In this document: positions 12,156-25,269 of the stretch, in pieces
How positions within the stretch are numbered: position 1 is the stretch's first letter
Layout: each line of letters begins with the position of its first letter
Source: Octopus vulgaris
Taxonomy: Eukaryota
Direction: 5' to 3'
DNA length: 64,000 nucleotides
NCBI GenBank assembly: GCA_951406725.2
Contig: OX597819.1
Location: 40,610,001-40,674,000 of the forward strand
The notes under the pieces: model-generated
The model's input: the letters and a program-made list of their open reading frames with translations, nothing else
Database searches by the model: none
What the model was told of the DNA's origin: nothing
Translations under genes and position numbers: made by a program

Positions 12156-12924
12156 TTCTCTTGAATTTCACTGAGACCAGTTCCTCTTGAACACTTAAAG
12201 AAAATAACATGAGCAGAGGAGGAATTCCAGAGAGAATGCAGCATGGGGAGGAAGAACAAGACAAAGTGGTTAGTGCAGGGTCTGAGTGCAAATAGTATGA
12301 GTGATGATGGAAAGAGAGACGAGTGAATTAGAAGTGCCCAAGTAGATGTGATGCAAAACCAACTACCTCCAAAAAGCAGAGGTTATTCCCCTTGGTCCCT
12401 TCATCCTTGATCCAGCAGCACTTGCAGAAGGTGTTAGTAGGGGGAACAGAAAAGATGTACCAACACCTGGTTAGTACTCATTTACTGCTGGGTAGATTAG
12501 AACAATGTGAAATGAACTGCCTTGCCCAAAGACAGGACACAATGCCCAATCCAAGAACTGAACCCACAACCTTTAATCATGAACCAAACAATTAAACAAC
12601 TAGATCACACTAGGATGGGAATACATACCAGACCCTTTGAGATTTATTTATTTTTTTTATTACTTAATCAAAGACAGAAAAGCAGCATCCAATACTCCTT
12701 GCAGGGCATCTGAGTAAACTGCCCTCTAGAATACTAGCCTGAATGCTTGTAGCTGGATGAACTCTGCAAAAGACACCCTAAGGCCTAGTTAGTAATGGTG
12801 TTAAAAAGGGTAATGAAAGTCTACTACACAAAAGATTATCAATTGATAGTTTATCAATCGTTTATTTGACATCCATTTTCTATGCTAGCACAGGTTGGAT
12901 GAATATATGTTTATTAAGACATGA

Positions 12925-13381
12925 TGTGCATGAGAAGACCCGGCAGAACAAGTGAGACCATAATCCGTGGCCTCTACCTGGGATGTAGCCAGCCCACTTA
13001 TGCATACCTTTCCTTCTTGGGACACAAAACTCTGCTTGCGAAGACCTGTTGAGGCAAGTGAAATCGAAATCGCTCAAAAATCAATGGAAATTGTAGTTGT
13101 GATACCAGTGCCGGTGGCACGTAAAAGAGCCATCCGAACGTGGCCGTTGCCAGCGCCACCCCCGACTGGCCTCCGTGCCGGTGGCACGTAAAAAGCACCA
13201 ACCAATGCTAGGGGGACAAACACACACACATACATATATACAACAGGCTTCTTTCAGTTTCCGTCTACCATTGGTTGGCCCGGGGCTATAGCAGAAGATA
13301 CTTGCCCAAGATGCCATGCAGTGGGACTGAACCCGGAACCATGTGGTTGGTTAGCAAGCTACTTACCACACAGCCACTCCT
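12925..13381. mobile_element. RTE 3'UTR fragment (+, 12925-13200) fused to a tRNA-SINE head (-, 13200-13381)
   Basis: gagaagacccggcag...gatgtagccagcccacttatg matches 26713-26790, then switches to SINE sequence. Confidence 0.75.
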
Positions 13382-13781
13382 TGCTTCTTCATAACTTTCA
13401 GTAAATTGATATTTTTTAAATGAAACTTTCTACAAATACCTGATAGATGGTATGGATAGCAATTATATTGGCATTTAATGTGGAAAAAAATCAATAACTA
13501 TAATTTGATAGGCGCACGCACATACATACTGATCCCACATCATAAATATATAAAAATGAAACTTGAAATTTTGTAAAAAAATAACTGTCAGCACACCCAC
13601 GATTTTATACACACGCACACACACATTAAATTCCGATATTATCGTAATCTAGACGATCTGGACGGTATTTGTAGAAAATTTCGTTAAAAAATATTTTTCT
13701 GAAAGTCATGATGAACAAAGCTAGGGGCGGGGCACTTGTGCAGGTATGCTATTAGTTCCCTAATGTCTCTTGCTTTTCATC

Positions 13782-13784
<3 letters not shown>

Positions 13785-13833
<49 letters not shown>
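13785..13833. repeat. (GA)n microsatellite
   Basis: Read directly. Confidence 0.97.
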
Positions 13834-13836
<3 letters not shown>

Positions 13837-14794
13837 AGGTGTCGATCATCATCACTTTCTTTAGCACAAATTCCCCTATGGTTGAATGGGATATCTCTGG
13901 AACCATAGATCTATTGATCTACTTGTTCATTTGGTCACCTACGTGACGAGATATAAACTACCATATTTTCAGCTGAATAATCAGAAAATCGATTAGATCA
14001 ATAGTCAATAGTCTCTTCTGGGAAAATGCAAACATTTGTGACATGGGTGTGTGTGTATATATGACCGAGAAAGAGCCAGCTGCGTATGTACAATGATAAA
14101 ACACGTATATATGAGCGAAGGGAAAACTAAAATATATGTAGGAGAATGATAAAGAAAAATATATGAGTGAAAAAGTGGGATGTATATGGGTGAGAGAAAC
14201 ACATAATTCCTGCTGCATGAAACACGGGATTACTAAAAAACTGAAGGAAATACCCACACACACACAAAATTCCTTGAGAGCTATCCCAAAACTTCGCTAC
14301 GAATTTTTTTTAATTGTTAATTCCATTTTGAAAAAATTATTTCAATCAATGAACGTCTTATTTACCACTCACTACATTCAAATTAGATGACAAAATGCTT
14401 AATATATCTACTTAATAACTATTATCAATAAATTTTTCATTCATTTTTATTTTCAATGGAAAGAAAAAACCAACAGTTGAAATGACTTAAACGTGCTGTA
14501 GGAGCAGTCTATACGCGATCGCTCACCTGTTGCATTTACTCAGCCAAATCTCCCTTTGATTACTCACTCCCGTCTTAAAACAATGAACGATACGTTCGAT
14601 AATGTTGCTCTAGATAGGCAAAAAGACGAGATAGTAAAGGCTGGAAGTTTTTGTTATCATACACTAAGCTCGATCACAGCAAACTTAAATCTAAACAACC
14701 ATTATATTCAAAATATAAATAGCACGGTTACCTAATAGTTTTAATAACTTCCCGAGGCAAACTATTTCTGTTTATAATTTATCATTAAGCTTAC

Positions 14795-14900
14795 CTATTT
14801 TAATGAAGTCAACATCGAATTATGTGCGGATTAAAAAAGCACTAATTAGAGAAATGTAAGCAAATGTATCGAATGAAATCCATTTTCGGCTGTTGTCAAT
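14795..14900 (-). other. B9D2: Putative non-coding exon 1 of B9D2 (5' boundary approximate)
   Basis: Strong minus-strand donor AAATAG|gtaagc at 14795/14794 in non-repetitive, relatively CpG-retaining DNA just downstream of an X-box. The 6438 acceptor needs an upstream exon. Confidence 0.55.
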
Positions 14901-14910
14901 TATGGCGGCA

Positions 14911-14924
14911 GTATCCATAGTAAC
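14911..14924. promoter_or_regulatory. RFX-binding X-box (GTATCCATAGTAAC)
   Basis: Fits the X-box consensus GTHNYY-AT-RRNAAC. Adjacent YY1-like tatggcgg at 14901-14908. B9-domain genes are established RFX/DAF-19 targets. Confidence 0.65.
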
Positions 14925-15274
14925 ATTCTTATTTTCGTATAAAAACTTTAGGAAATCAAATTAAGGTTCTAAAATCTATTGAAAATACAAAATATATGTT
15001 ACACTAAATTTATTCTTATTTTCAAACCATCTAGTTAGACTTTTTTTTTAGGTTTTAGTCACATATTCGATGCACCAAGCCATATGGGAGAAGATGAGGA
15101 AAAGTACTTTTTTTTGCTCCTACTTTTTAAGCAAAGTTATAACGTTTTCAAGAGCTATTCAAAATTGAGAGGGTTGAGATAATCGAGTGAAATTAGAACT
15201 ACTATATACGCAAATTAAACTTTGGGAGTTAGTTTCAAAAGGGAAAAAGTAGATCCAAATACATTTATTTACAT

Positions 15275-16250
15275 ATGCAAGGCGCATTCCAGAGTTTGGG
15301 AAATGTTTTCAAGAGACATTTATTACTTTCAAAGAAGTACAAAACTCTAATCCACTTCAATGTAAGACCCTTGTCACAGTGTCCTTCATCTTCTCTTCAG
15401 CTTGGGGAACAACCAAAAACTCAGAAAGAGCAAGGTTTGGACTGTAAGGAAGGTGAGGAACAGTTTTGATGACCATCCCAATCATGTAGCTGGTTGCTAG
15501 GATGGAATTGTGGACTGGTGCATTGTCCTGGTGTAGATCCTCTGGCCTTTTGTAACAAAATCTCTTCTTGAACTCCCTCAAAACCTACAAAAAGTACTCT
15601 TTGTTGATCATCTATCAAGAGGAAACCCAGTGGATATAGATGATGGCTTTGCTGATGAAAAAGGGGATTATCATGAGCTTCCTGGTGGACTTGCTTTGTC
15701 TGAACTCTTGTCTCTTTTACTCTCTTTTACATGTTTCAGTCATTTGACTGCGGCCATCCTGGAGTACCGCCTTTAGTCGAGCAAATCGACCCCAGGACTT
15801 ATTCTTTGTAAGCCTAGTATTCTATCAATCTCTTTTGCCAAACCGCTAAGTTACGGGGACCTAAACACACCAACATCGGTTGTCAAGTGATGTTGGGGGG
15901 GGACAAACATAGATACACAAACACATACACACATATATATACATATACATATATACGACGGGTTTCTTTCAGTTTCCGTTTACCAAATCCACTCACAAGG
16001 TTTTGGTCAGCCTGAGGCTACAGTAGAAGAAACTTGCCCAAGGTGCCACGCAGTGGGACTGAACCTGGAACCATGTGGTTGGTAAGCAAGTTACTTACCA
16101 CACAGCCACTCCTGCGCCTTGTGTTAGCGAAAAACAGATGCTTGGCTCATGCAAATTAATCCATAAGCATCTGGAGCATTTCATAAGTTCCTGTAGTGTT
16201 TTTACCCAGTTTAACATAAATCTTTACTGTAGAGCAAGCTTCCAAATTGT
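15275..16250 (-). mobile_element. Degenerate mariner transposase remnant split by a SINE
   Basis: LHQDNAPVHNS and HLPYSPNLA motifs in ORF 15357-15581; SINE inserted at 15715-16118. Confidence 0.75.
15715..16118 (-). mobile_element. Full-length tRNA-derived SINE (~400 bp)
   Basis: Reverse strand: aggcgcaggagtggctgtgtggtaag (A box) ... ggttcagtccc (B box), internal (TA/TG)n and (gtaaaagag)n tail. Confidence 0.92.
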
Positions 16251-16799
16251 TTTCATGTCCTGATTGCATTCTGCAGACCAGCCGTATCCAGCCAAAATAT
16301 TCTTCATGTTTTATGTTCAAACTGGTAAAAACCCAAGCTTGCTGAACCTATTACTATTGTACCAAAATTTGGTACTTTTAATGTGCGATAATACTTTTGG
16401 TATTACACTGCAATAATTTGGTACGTTTTTCAAATTTTTACACTTTATGTAAAAAAATAAGTTTACAGTGTATGTAAATGAACAGTCTAACAATATATAC
16501 ATTACATTACAATTGGACTAACTATTTTATATCAAAATATATTTTGCAACATTTTATAATGAGCAGTTTATAGTTAATTGGAAGCTAGTTGGTATAGAAC
16601 ATTTTCAATATGTGTATCACACGTACCATCCAATATCACTGGCTTGCCACCTCTAATGCCAGTCAGTAGCATATTTTATACATAGGTGACAAGTGCTTCC
16701 TTACTATCTCGTTAAACTATAATCAATTACAAGTGATTTATAAACCTCATGATGAGCAAGAATACAGAAGATAAAAGCAGTGAGGAAATTGACTTAGGT

Positions 16800-17218
16800 T
16801 TAACTTTGCCACAGAAAAGAATTAAACAATATAATCATAAATTATTGAACAAACTTTTATTGGATTCTCGATTTTCATGATGGTTAGAACCAAGTAAAAC
16901 AAATATCGAACGAGCATATTGTAAATTTTGTTGTGAAATTCAAAGCAGTGTAACTCATCTGGAGAGGCATAGAAAAACAGATAAACATATTAAAAATGTT
17001 GATTCAGAGAATAAAAGTGGAAAACTGACAGACTTTTTGTAGCCTACAACTTCTGTTCATATTACAAATGTAGAAGCTGCGAAGCTTAAGCTTTGTTCCT
17101 TCATTGCAGGACATAACTTACCAGCGAGACTTATGGATCATTTACCTGGAGTAATTCAGAATGCATGCCCTGATTCCAAAATAACTAAAGATATTAAATG
17201 TGCAAGAACCAAAGCTAC
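16800..17218 (+). pseudogene. hAT-like transposase N-terminal remnant (C2H2/BED-like zinc finger)
   Basis: Frame from 16881 reads WLEPSKTNIERAYCKFCCEIQSSVTHLERHRKTDKHIKN...*...FIAGHNLPARLMDHL...PDSKITKDIKCARTKAT. In-frame stops; cut off by an RTE tail at 17219. Confidence 0.7.
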
Positions 17219-17512
17219 TCATCATCATCATCGTCGTTTAACATCTGCTTTCCATGCTGGTACGGGTTGGACGGTTTTACTGAGGGCTGTCAAGCCAGAA
17301 GGCTGCACCAGGCTCCAATCCTATCTGGCAATGTATCAACAGCTGGATGCCCTTCCTAACGCAAACCGCTCTGACAGTGTAGTGGGTGCTTTTTAAGTGC
17401 CAACAGCACAAGGGTCAGTCAGGCTGTACTGGCATCAGCCACGCTTGGATGGTGCTTTTTATGTGCGACTGGTACGGGACCAGTCAGTTGGCACTGGCAT
17501 CGACCATGCTCA
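17219..17512 (-). mobile_element. RTE-family 3'UTR copy
   Basis: (CAT)n tail plus family body. Confidence 0.82.
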
Positions 17513-19445
17513 GGCCCTTATTACTTTGAAAACCTCATTAAACTATGCTGTGAGGGTGCTCCTGAGTACAAAAAACGAATCAAAGGGGTCCATAGGGAAA
17601 AAATGGTTGAGAAACACTGATCCAGAGGATTCCACTTTGGATGACCTGAGTACTGTCTTTACTTCCTGGGTTGAAGGTACATAGCAAGTCATCAAAGATG
17701 CAGAGTGGATGCTGTACAGTTGTCAAACAAAAAATAAATGATGCCCCGTCTGATAGATTTTGATGATTCTTGGTTACAATTTGCAATTTCTTATATCTTC
17801 TTTCTGCTTCACAAATAATTTCTTTTTCTTACTTTTCCTCTATGACATTCCTTAACAGAAAATATAAAATCCATCAGTTTTTGTAGGCAATCTCAATGAC
17901 ACATACGATATAACACCATAATTATTTGCAATTTAAGTACAAACAAGCAATTTTGGGGAGAATGTTAGTCAATTACATCAATCCTAGAACTTGACTGGTA
18001 TTCTATTAATCTTAGAAGGGGTGATAGACAAAGTTTATCTCGACAGGATTTGGACTTGGAATGTAACAAACTGGAATAAAAACCACAAGGCCTTTTGGTT
18101 AGCACTCTAAAGATTCTGTGAATCTATCACCTAATAATACCTTCATAATAAAACTAAAAAATAAATAAATAAATAACTAAAACTTTCTTTTTTGCAATAT
18201 ATAATGGACTATCATCTACAGATTTTAGGAGACAACTGTATTGCACCAGAAATTCATGAGGTAATTATGTTTGTTTATGCCACAACAGAGCCTGGGGTTA
18301 ATAAATTTTATTTATTTTTTCACTTTCAGTTATCAACAAATGAGTTGTGTTAATGTATTCTCAATTCTTCTAACACATGCAAAATATTCTGTTAATATAT
18401 GCAGATAGGAAGTTACGATGTCACTGTTTTCACTCCCCAGATGCCATTGGTCACAAACACATTATAGGAGAATGAACATGCAGTTCAAAACGAGGGGAAT
18501 AGGTCAAATTAAGTAATGAATCCAGAAAGTTCTTCCAAGGCCTTTAAATAAAATAAAATAAATAAATAAAAAAATGAGAGTTGACTTTTATATTACAAAG
18601 GAATGAGTGTATTAAAAAGTTGTTTAAAAGGTGCAATTTTTTTAAGAATGTGCTGAAGAGAAGCAGCAGTCATTCCTCTTTTAACTATGCTGCCACTGCA
18701 ATAGTGAGATGTTGGGTGTGTAGTGTATATGGACTGCAAAAGGTGACCATTTTTATATATGTATGTTTCCTGTAGTTAAAGATATGATACATCTAAGGAG
18801 GGGAGCAGCCCGTTTGGCCATCATATAAGGTGACCAAAACCTATGTTCCACCATTGCAATCCAAGTATCACCCGTTTCTCTTTGAATCAATGAACAAAAT
18901 CTCTTCATGGTTATTTGGCCAACTAAAAATGTGATCTTTCGATTTATGTACATATAATGATAAACGGAGAGAAAATGAGGGGAAATACAACTAATGAAAG
19001 TTGAATGAAAATCATAATTGTTGATAATCAGCAATGAATAAACTTGTAGCTTTCAGAAAAATGGATAGTTTGTAATGAAATTCTTCACAAATATGCTTCA
19101 GATGGCGTAGATTTTGAATTTATTGGATTCTGTTGCAAAATTTTTTGCGGGGATGAGAAGAGTTTTGGAAAATTCACATGTTGGTTTTGTTTCCTCATAA
19201 CTTTCAGAAACATAGGGATTTTTGTATAAAATTTTCTACAAGCAACTTTCAGCTTACATAGATTATGATTATAATGGACTTTCATGTGGAAAAGAAAAAA
19301 AAAGGTGGACGACGTGCACACATTACCTACTGACAAACATTGTAAATTTTCTCAAAATTTCAAGTACCACCCTGTAGATATATGGGATGTGTATCAGTAT
19401 GCTTGTATGCATGCATACCATTATTTCCCCATTAAATTCAATATT

Positions 19446-19842
19446 GGGAAGACCGTTCTTACGTTACAAGGATGTTTGCAAAAGGGACATGAAGGCCTGC
19501 AATATCAATATTAGCAATTGGGAAGCAGTTGCCAGCAATCGTGGAGATTGGCGACATACCGTAAAAGAGGGAATACAAAGGAGTGACAGAGAGAGAGAGA
19601 AAGAGAGGAGAAATGGAAAGACAAGAAAAGACGTCAACAAGAAACTATGACATTACAACCAGCCAGAAACAGTCTTCGCTACATTTGCGGCACCTGCCAG
19701 AGGGAGTGTTTGTCCAGGATAGGACTACACAGCTACAGCAGGAAATGTATTAGGACATGAAATGTAAAAGCCGGACTAGACTATTTTATGTGCAACTCCA
19801 TTGTTTCCCGAGACAAAAAGGATGCCAACCAACCAACCAACC
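19446..19842 (+). mobile_element. RTE-like LINE 3' fragment with (CAAC)n tail
   Basis: GRPFLRYKDVCKRDMKAC-I---WE-VA-NR--WR motif; 12-bp TSD aaattcaatatt at 19434-19445 and 19843-19854. Confidence 0.88.
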
Positions 19843-20522
19843 AAATTCAATATTAAAGTAATCCACACTATCTGAAAGATATTTTTCTGAAAGTTATGAG
19901 GAAACAAAGTTAGTGGGTACGTGGGCAGTGCACTTTCATAGGTATGATTATTTAAAAGTTATTATTAGACTACGGCCATAGTCAAGCACTGGTCTGAGGA
20001 AATTTAGTTGAATGAATCAAACCCAGTGCTTTTTTTTTCTCAAGCCTAGTACTTATTCCCTCTTTTGCCAAACCATTAAGTTACAGGGACATAGATACAG
20101 CAACACTGATTTTCAAGAAGTGGTAGGGGGGAAACACAGACTCATGTGTGTGTGTGTGTATATATGTATGCACGTGTGCATACGTAATTACATAAGTATG
20201 TATGAATATACAATATATGTATGTATGTATATACATGTATGTATGTATATACAATGGGCTTCTTTCAGTTTCTATAGTAGAACACTCTTGCCCAAGGTAC
20301 CACAAACACAAGAACGATGTGGTTGGGAAGTAAACTTCTTACCATTCAGCCTCTCCAGCTGGGTATTTTTTTAAGTGAAATTAAACTAGCTATATAAAAT
20401 ATGAAATGCTTGCATGAAATATTATTTTTAACTGTTACTTCCAGCACAACTTGTTCTATTCTCCATCAAAAACGAAGAGCAGATATTCATATATCTCACC
20501 ACAATCATTTTATAGTATAATA

Positions 20523-21085
20523 TTGGGTTGTTCGGAAAGTTCATGCCGATTTATAGTAGCTTACATTTTGACTTATTTTAGAACATGGTTGAGTCCATAA
20601 AATAGGATTTTACTACACCTCCATTTAGAGCACAGTTTAAGCTATCTTTTTGTGGAAGAAGATTTATGTTCCTATAACCTGTGTTAATTCTGTAACCCTT
20701 TAAAATGGAAGATAAGAAAGTTCATTTTCGGCACTTGATGCTTTGGGAACCAGACAAAAATTGCTGCAACTCGGCTGGGATGTGTTACCCCACTCTCCAT
20801 ATTCACCAGATATTGTTCCTTTGGATTTCCACTTATTCAGGTCTCTGCAAAATAGTCTTAATGGTAAAAATTTCAATTTCTTGGATGACATAAAAAGATA
20901 TCTTGAATTCTTTGCCATGAAACCACCTCAATTCTGGGAAGAGGGTATTTTCAAGTTAAAGAAAAGATGGAGACACATTGTGCAACAAAATGGTTCATAT
21001 TTGGTTGATTAAAAATCTAATGACAAGTATTTATTGAACTTTTTCTTTCCTTTAAAAATTGGCACGAACTTTCCGGACAACCCAA
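20523..21085 (+). mobile_element. Internally deleted mariner element
   Basis: TA|ttgggttgttcggaaagttcatgccg ... tggcacgaactttccggacaacccaa|TA; LGWDVLPHSPYSPDIVPLDFHLFRSLQN. Confidence 0.92.
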
Positions 21086-21714
21086 TATATAATCCTAGGT
21101 ACATTATATCGGAATAAAAGATGAGATAACATGTCTTTAATCACCGTTCTGGGATCTTTTTGACTGCCAGTTTTCAATCTCTTCAATTTCTGTTTGAATT
21201 GATATCATATTCAGTGTAATAATATAGTTCTATATGTTAATCAATGACTTCAAATTCATTTTTACCATAAATCAATCAATACAGAGTTAATAGCTTTTAA
21301 AGTTTGCAAATTTTGGGTAATTTTAGAACAGTCATAAGCCACAGACACATTCATGCCTGTTTCCATAGTAACAAGCCAAGCATGAGAACTTGTCTTCCTT
21401 CTCAAGCAGGTATGGGACTTTCAGGAAGAATAATTATTCCAAAACGTCATAAAGAAAATCCATTTCTAATTATACATTAATTTGATTTCTGAATTTCAAG
21501 AAAAAAAGTTGCTTCTTTAATCACTAAATAAGAATATGAGATATACCTGTAATAATGAAGCAACAAAAAAAGTGTATAATCTACAAAATCAAATAAGAAA
21601 TGGATTTTAACCTTTTCATATAAGATAAGGGAACAATTATGACCTACTTAATTACAGTGCAAAAACTGAATGGGAAAAGATAATTGCATAATTTAATGAT
21701 TTTGTAACTAGTCA

Positions 21715-23400
21715 TCATCACCACTGTTTAATGTCTGCTATTCATTCTGGCATGGGTTGGATGGTTTGACTGAGGATTGGCAACCTCGGAGGCTGCACCA
21801 GGCCCCAATCTGATCTGGCAAGGATTCTACAGCTGGATGCCCTTCCTAACACCAACCACTCCGGCAATGTAGTGGTGCTTTTTACATGCCACCAGCACAG
21901 GAGCCAGTCAGGTGGCACTGGTATCGACCACTCTTGAATGGTGCTTTTTTACGTGCCACCAGCACTGGCATCACCCACACTCGAATGGTGTGCTTTATGT
22001 GCCACCAGTACAGGTGCCAACTAGGCAGCACTGGCATCGGCCATGACAACAATTTCACTTGATTCAACAGGTCTTCTAATAGCATCGGCCATGGCTACAA
22101 TCTCACTTGGCTTGTTGGGTCTTTTCAAGCACAGAACATCTCCCAAGGTCTCGGTCGCTTTTCATTGCCTCTGCGAGGCCCAACATTCGAAGGTTGTGCT
22201 TCGCCACTTCATCCCAGGTCTTCCTGGGTCTACCTCTTCCACAGGTTACTTCCACTGTTAGGGTGTGACACTTCTTCACACAGCTGTCCTCATCCATATG
22301 CAACACATGACCATACCAACGCATATCTGATACTTCTTATGTCCAACTTTTCTCTCAGGGTGCTTACACTCTGTTGTGCATGTACACTGGCATTACACAT
22401 CCAGTGGAGCATACTAGCTTCATTTCTTTCAAGCTTATGCATGTCCTCAGTAGTCACAGACCATGTTTCATTGCCGTGTAGCATGGCAGTTTGCACACAT
22501 GCATCAAAGTCTACCTTTCACTCTGACTATTCTTATCTTATTCTAGTAGTTTTGCTCTCAGAGCATCCACCCCTGCTACTGACTTGGTCACCTAGGTAAC
22601 AGAAGCTATCAACAATTTCTAGTTTTTCCCCCTGGCATGTGATGGAATCTTGTTTTCTGTACATCTTCAGTGTTTATTGCCCCTGTGCATCTGCCACACA
22701 CAAACACTATCTTCTCAGTTAGCCTTCCTTTGATATTGCTGCACCTCTTATGTGTCCATAGCTTATACTGGGTACATCTTATGGAGTTTCTACCTACACC
22801 TTTTCTACAGATCAAGCAGGGCCATCTACCTAAGGGATTTGTGATTTGTCTGCTTTCCTACTTACTAAGACTTTTGTTTTAGCTAGATTGACTCTAAGGC
22901 CCTTCGATTCTAGACCTTGCTTCCATGCATGAAACTTCTTTAGTATTGGTAGTGACTCAGCTATGAGAGCAAGGTCATTAGCATAGAGGAGTTCCCAGGG
23001 GCAACCTGTCTTGAATTCCTCTGCTATTGCCTGGAGGATTATGATGAATAAAAGGGGACTAAGGATTTATCTTCACTATACTCATTGCCAACCCTCACCT
23101 TACTGACAGGATCTTGTACAGCTCTCACCAACTACTCATCTATCCCTAGTTTCCACACTGACCACCAGATAAGGGACCAGAGGACCCTGTGAAAGGCTTT
23201 CTCCATGTCAATGAAAGCCAAGTACCAAGGTTTATCTTTGGCTAGGAATTTCTCCTGTAGCTGTCTTACCAGAAATATAGCATCAGTGGTGCTTCTCACT
23301 GGCACAAACCCAAACTGCATCTCATTTAAACTAACTATGACCTTCTATGTGACTTTCATCATCTTAATTTGCCCCCAGGCCATTCCTTTGTTTTAACCAA
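21715..23400 (-). mobile_element. Degenerate RTE-like LINE (RT, PHD-like finger, 3'UTR)
   Basis: QFGFVP-RSTTDAIF, DMEKAF, CRKGVGRNSIRC--KLWTHKRC and MRWYGHV across several frames; the YADD motif reads YAND. Confidence 0.92.
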
Positions 23401-23634
23401 CATAAATGTCAAATGGATCAGCTGGTTGTTGTTAATTTCGTAAAATTTTTTTGTTTATTTACTTTTCTTTTCATGACATGTGGAAGGCGACATTTGCTTT
23501 CAAGTGAGAGCAGAAAGTGAAAGAGAGGAGAAAGTGAAAGATGTATGTACGTGTATATGAAAGATAGTGGGTGTATGTGTGTGTGTGTCTGTGTGCACAT
23601 GTGCTCAGTGTTTAGTTCTATGTATTTGTAGTCA

Positions 23635-23675
<41 letters not shown>

Positions 23676-23720
23676 ATGTACACCCATATATAAATACATA
23701 TGCATACATCTTTTTTGTAT

Positions 23721-23766
<46 letters not shown>

Positions 23767-24739
23767 GTGAGTGAATGTGTGTGTTCTCATGTATGTGTAT
23801 GTGGCTAGGGTTTGTTCTTACTGGTTTCATTTGTTTCACAAAAGAAGATCAGAAGTTTAAACTCTTCAGCATCATAAATTTCCCAGAGCTAAAGAAAATT
23901 GTCAGACACTTTCTCTCTACCATCTTAATCTATTGTGTAGGATTCACATATGCATAAACACATACATACATACCAGCAGGTCGGTGAGCTGAGAATGGAT
24001 GTGGGCCCAAGGTGGGTTCACAAGGAAAATGAAATAGAACCTGCAAAGGCAATGGCTCTGGTAAAAAGGAAACCAAACCAGCCTGCAAGTTCTATGTAAA
24101 GGGTACTTCCTGGCATGGTGGCATTGGGATAGGCTGCAGATTTGCTCATCCCAAATCCCATGTGAGCTGTACTCGTTCCACTTGCCTGAAGACCAGATAG
24201 AACAGCTTCCAACGACACAGGATCAGGTCACAAGATACAGTACCACCACCATGGAAATGTGTAGATGGTGCACGCATAGCTCCCATGAGAAACCAAACTG
24301 TCGATGGAGTGCAGACAGCAGCTACTGAACAACAGGCTTTTTTGGAGGTTGCACAGAAATTGTAAGGTAGCTGACCTGGCTTCACTAGACATCCAGTGTG
24401 AGGAACACATACCAGTATTTGCGACCACCTCAAACAACAAAGGCTCCAGGGTGGCGACCTCTGATACTTCTGTATGTCAGATCAGTGGCTACTACCGACA
24501 TCCTACATGTCATACTAGTATTCTTGCTGAAATCAAGGGACTCATAACATCCCAACAACACAAAACACAGTACCTGAGAGGCTTAGTGACATGTAATCAA
24601 GCAATATGCATGTCACTAACCAGAAACTATGCTGGTCCTATGGAGGACATTTGTCCTCAGCCATCTGGACTACTGTGGTCACCTTACAGTGTTGGATTCA
24701 TAGCAGAACTTTAGGCAGCTCAATGATGTTACACAAGGA

Positions 24740-25250
24740 AGATTGCATCAATGGAACAGCTGAGCTACTGGGAGAGACTGAAAGAGCTATGACTCTACTC
24801 TCTGGAGTGAAGATGGGAGAGGTATGTAATTGTATTTGTGTGGAAGATACTAAAGGAGCTGGCACTAAACTTTGGAACTGAGAGTTATACCAGACCCCAA
24901 AATGGATGCCACTGCACTATTTCAAAGGTCCAAGCAGCCCCATCTAAGGTGAGGACCATGTACTGTAATAGCTTGGGATTCAAGGGCCCACATCTATCTA
25001 ACACCTTGCCAAAACATCTCAGTGCTCTCCATGGAGTGGGGGTAGATGTTTTTAGGAAACAACTTGACCTTTTGCAATCCAAGATCCCAGATGAACCAAT
25101 ATCAAGGCTAGAAACTCAAAAAAGGGCAGCAGTGTTGAACTCACTCCTTCACCAAAAGCCAATCACATATGATTGGCCATTTAAAAGGTGATTACACTGG
25201 CAGTGCCCCAGCATGGCCACAGTCTTAGGGTTGTAACATATAAAAGAATA
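24740..25250 (+). mobile_element. CR1/L2-group LINE 3' fragment
   Basis: WKILKEL--NFG...YCNSLGFKGP-L-N-LP...VDVFRKQLD-L---IPDEP; 3' tail tggcagtgccccagcatggccacagtc. Confidence 0.75.
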
Positions 25251-25269
25251 AGGAATACATACATACACA

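Noticed and set aside
17580-17860. Possible minus-strand exon (acceptor-like ttaag near 17850)
   Set aside because: All three frames hit stops soon after the acceptor, and the ORF runs into a hAT MITE end.
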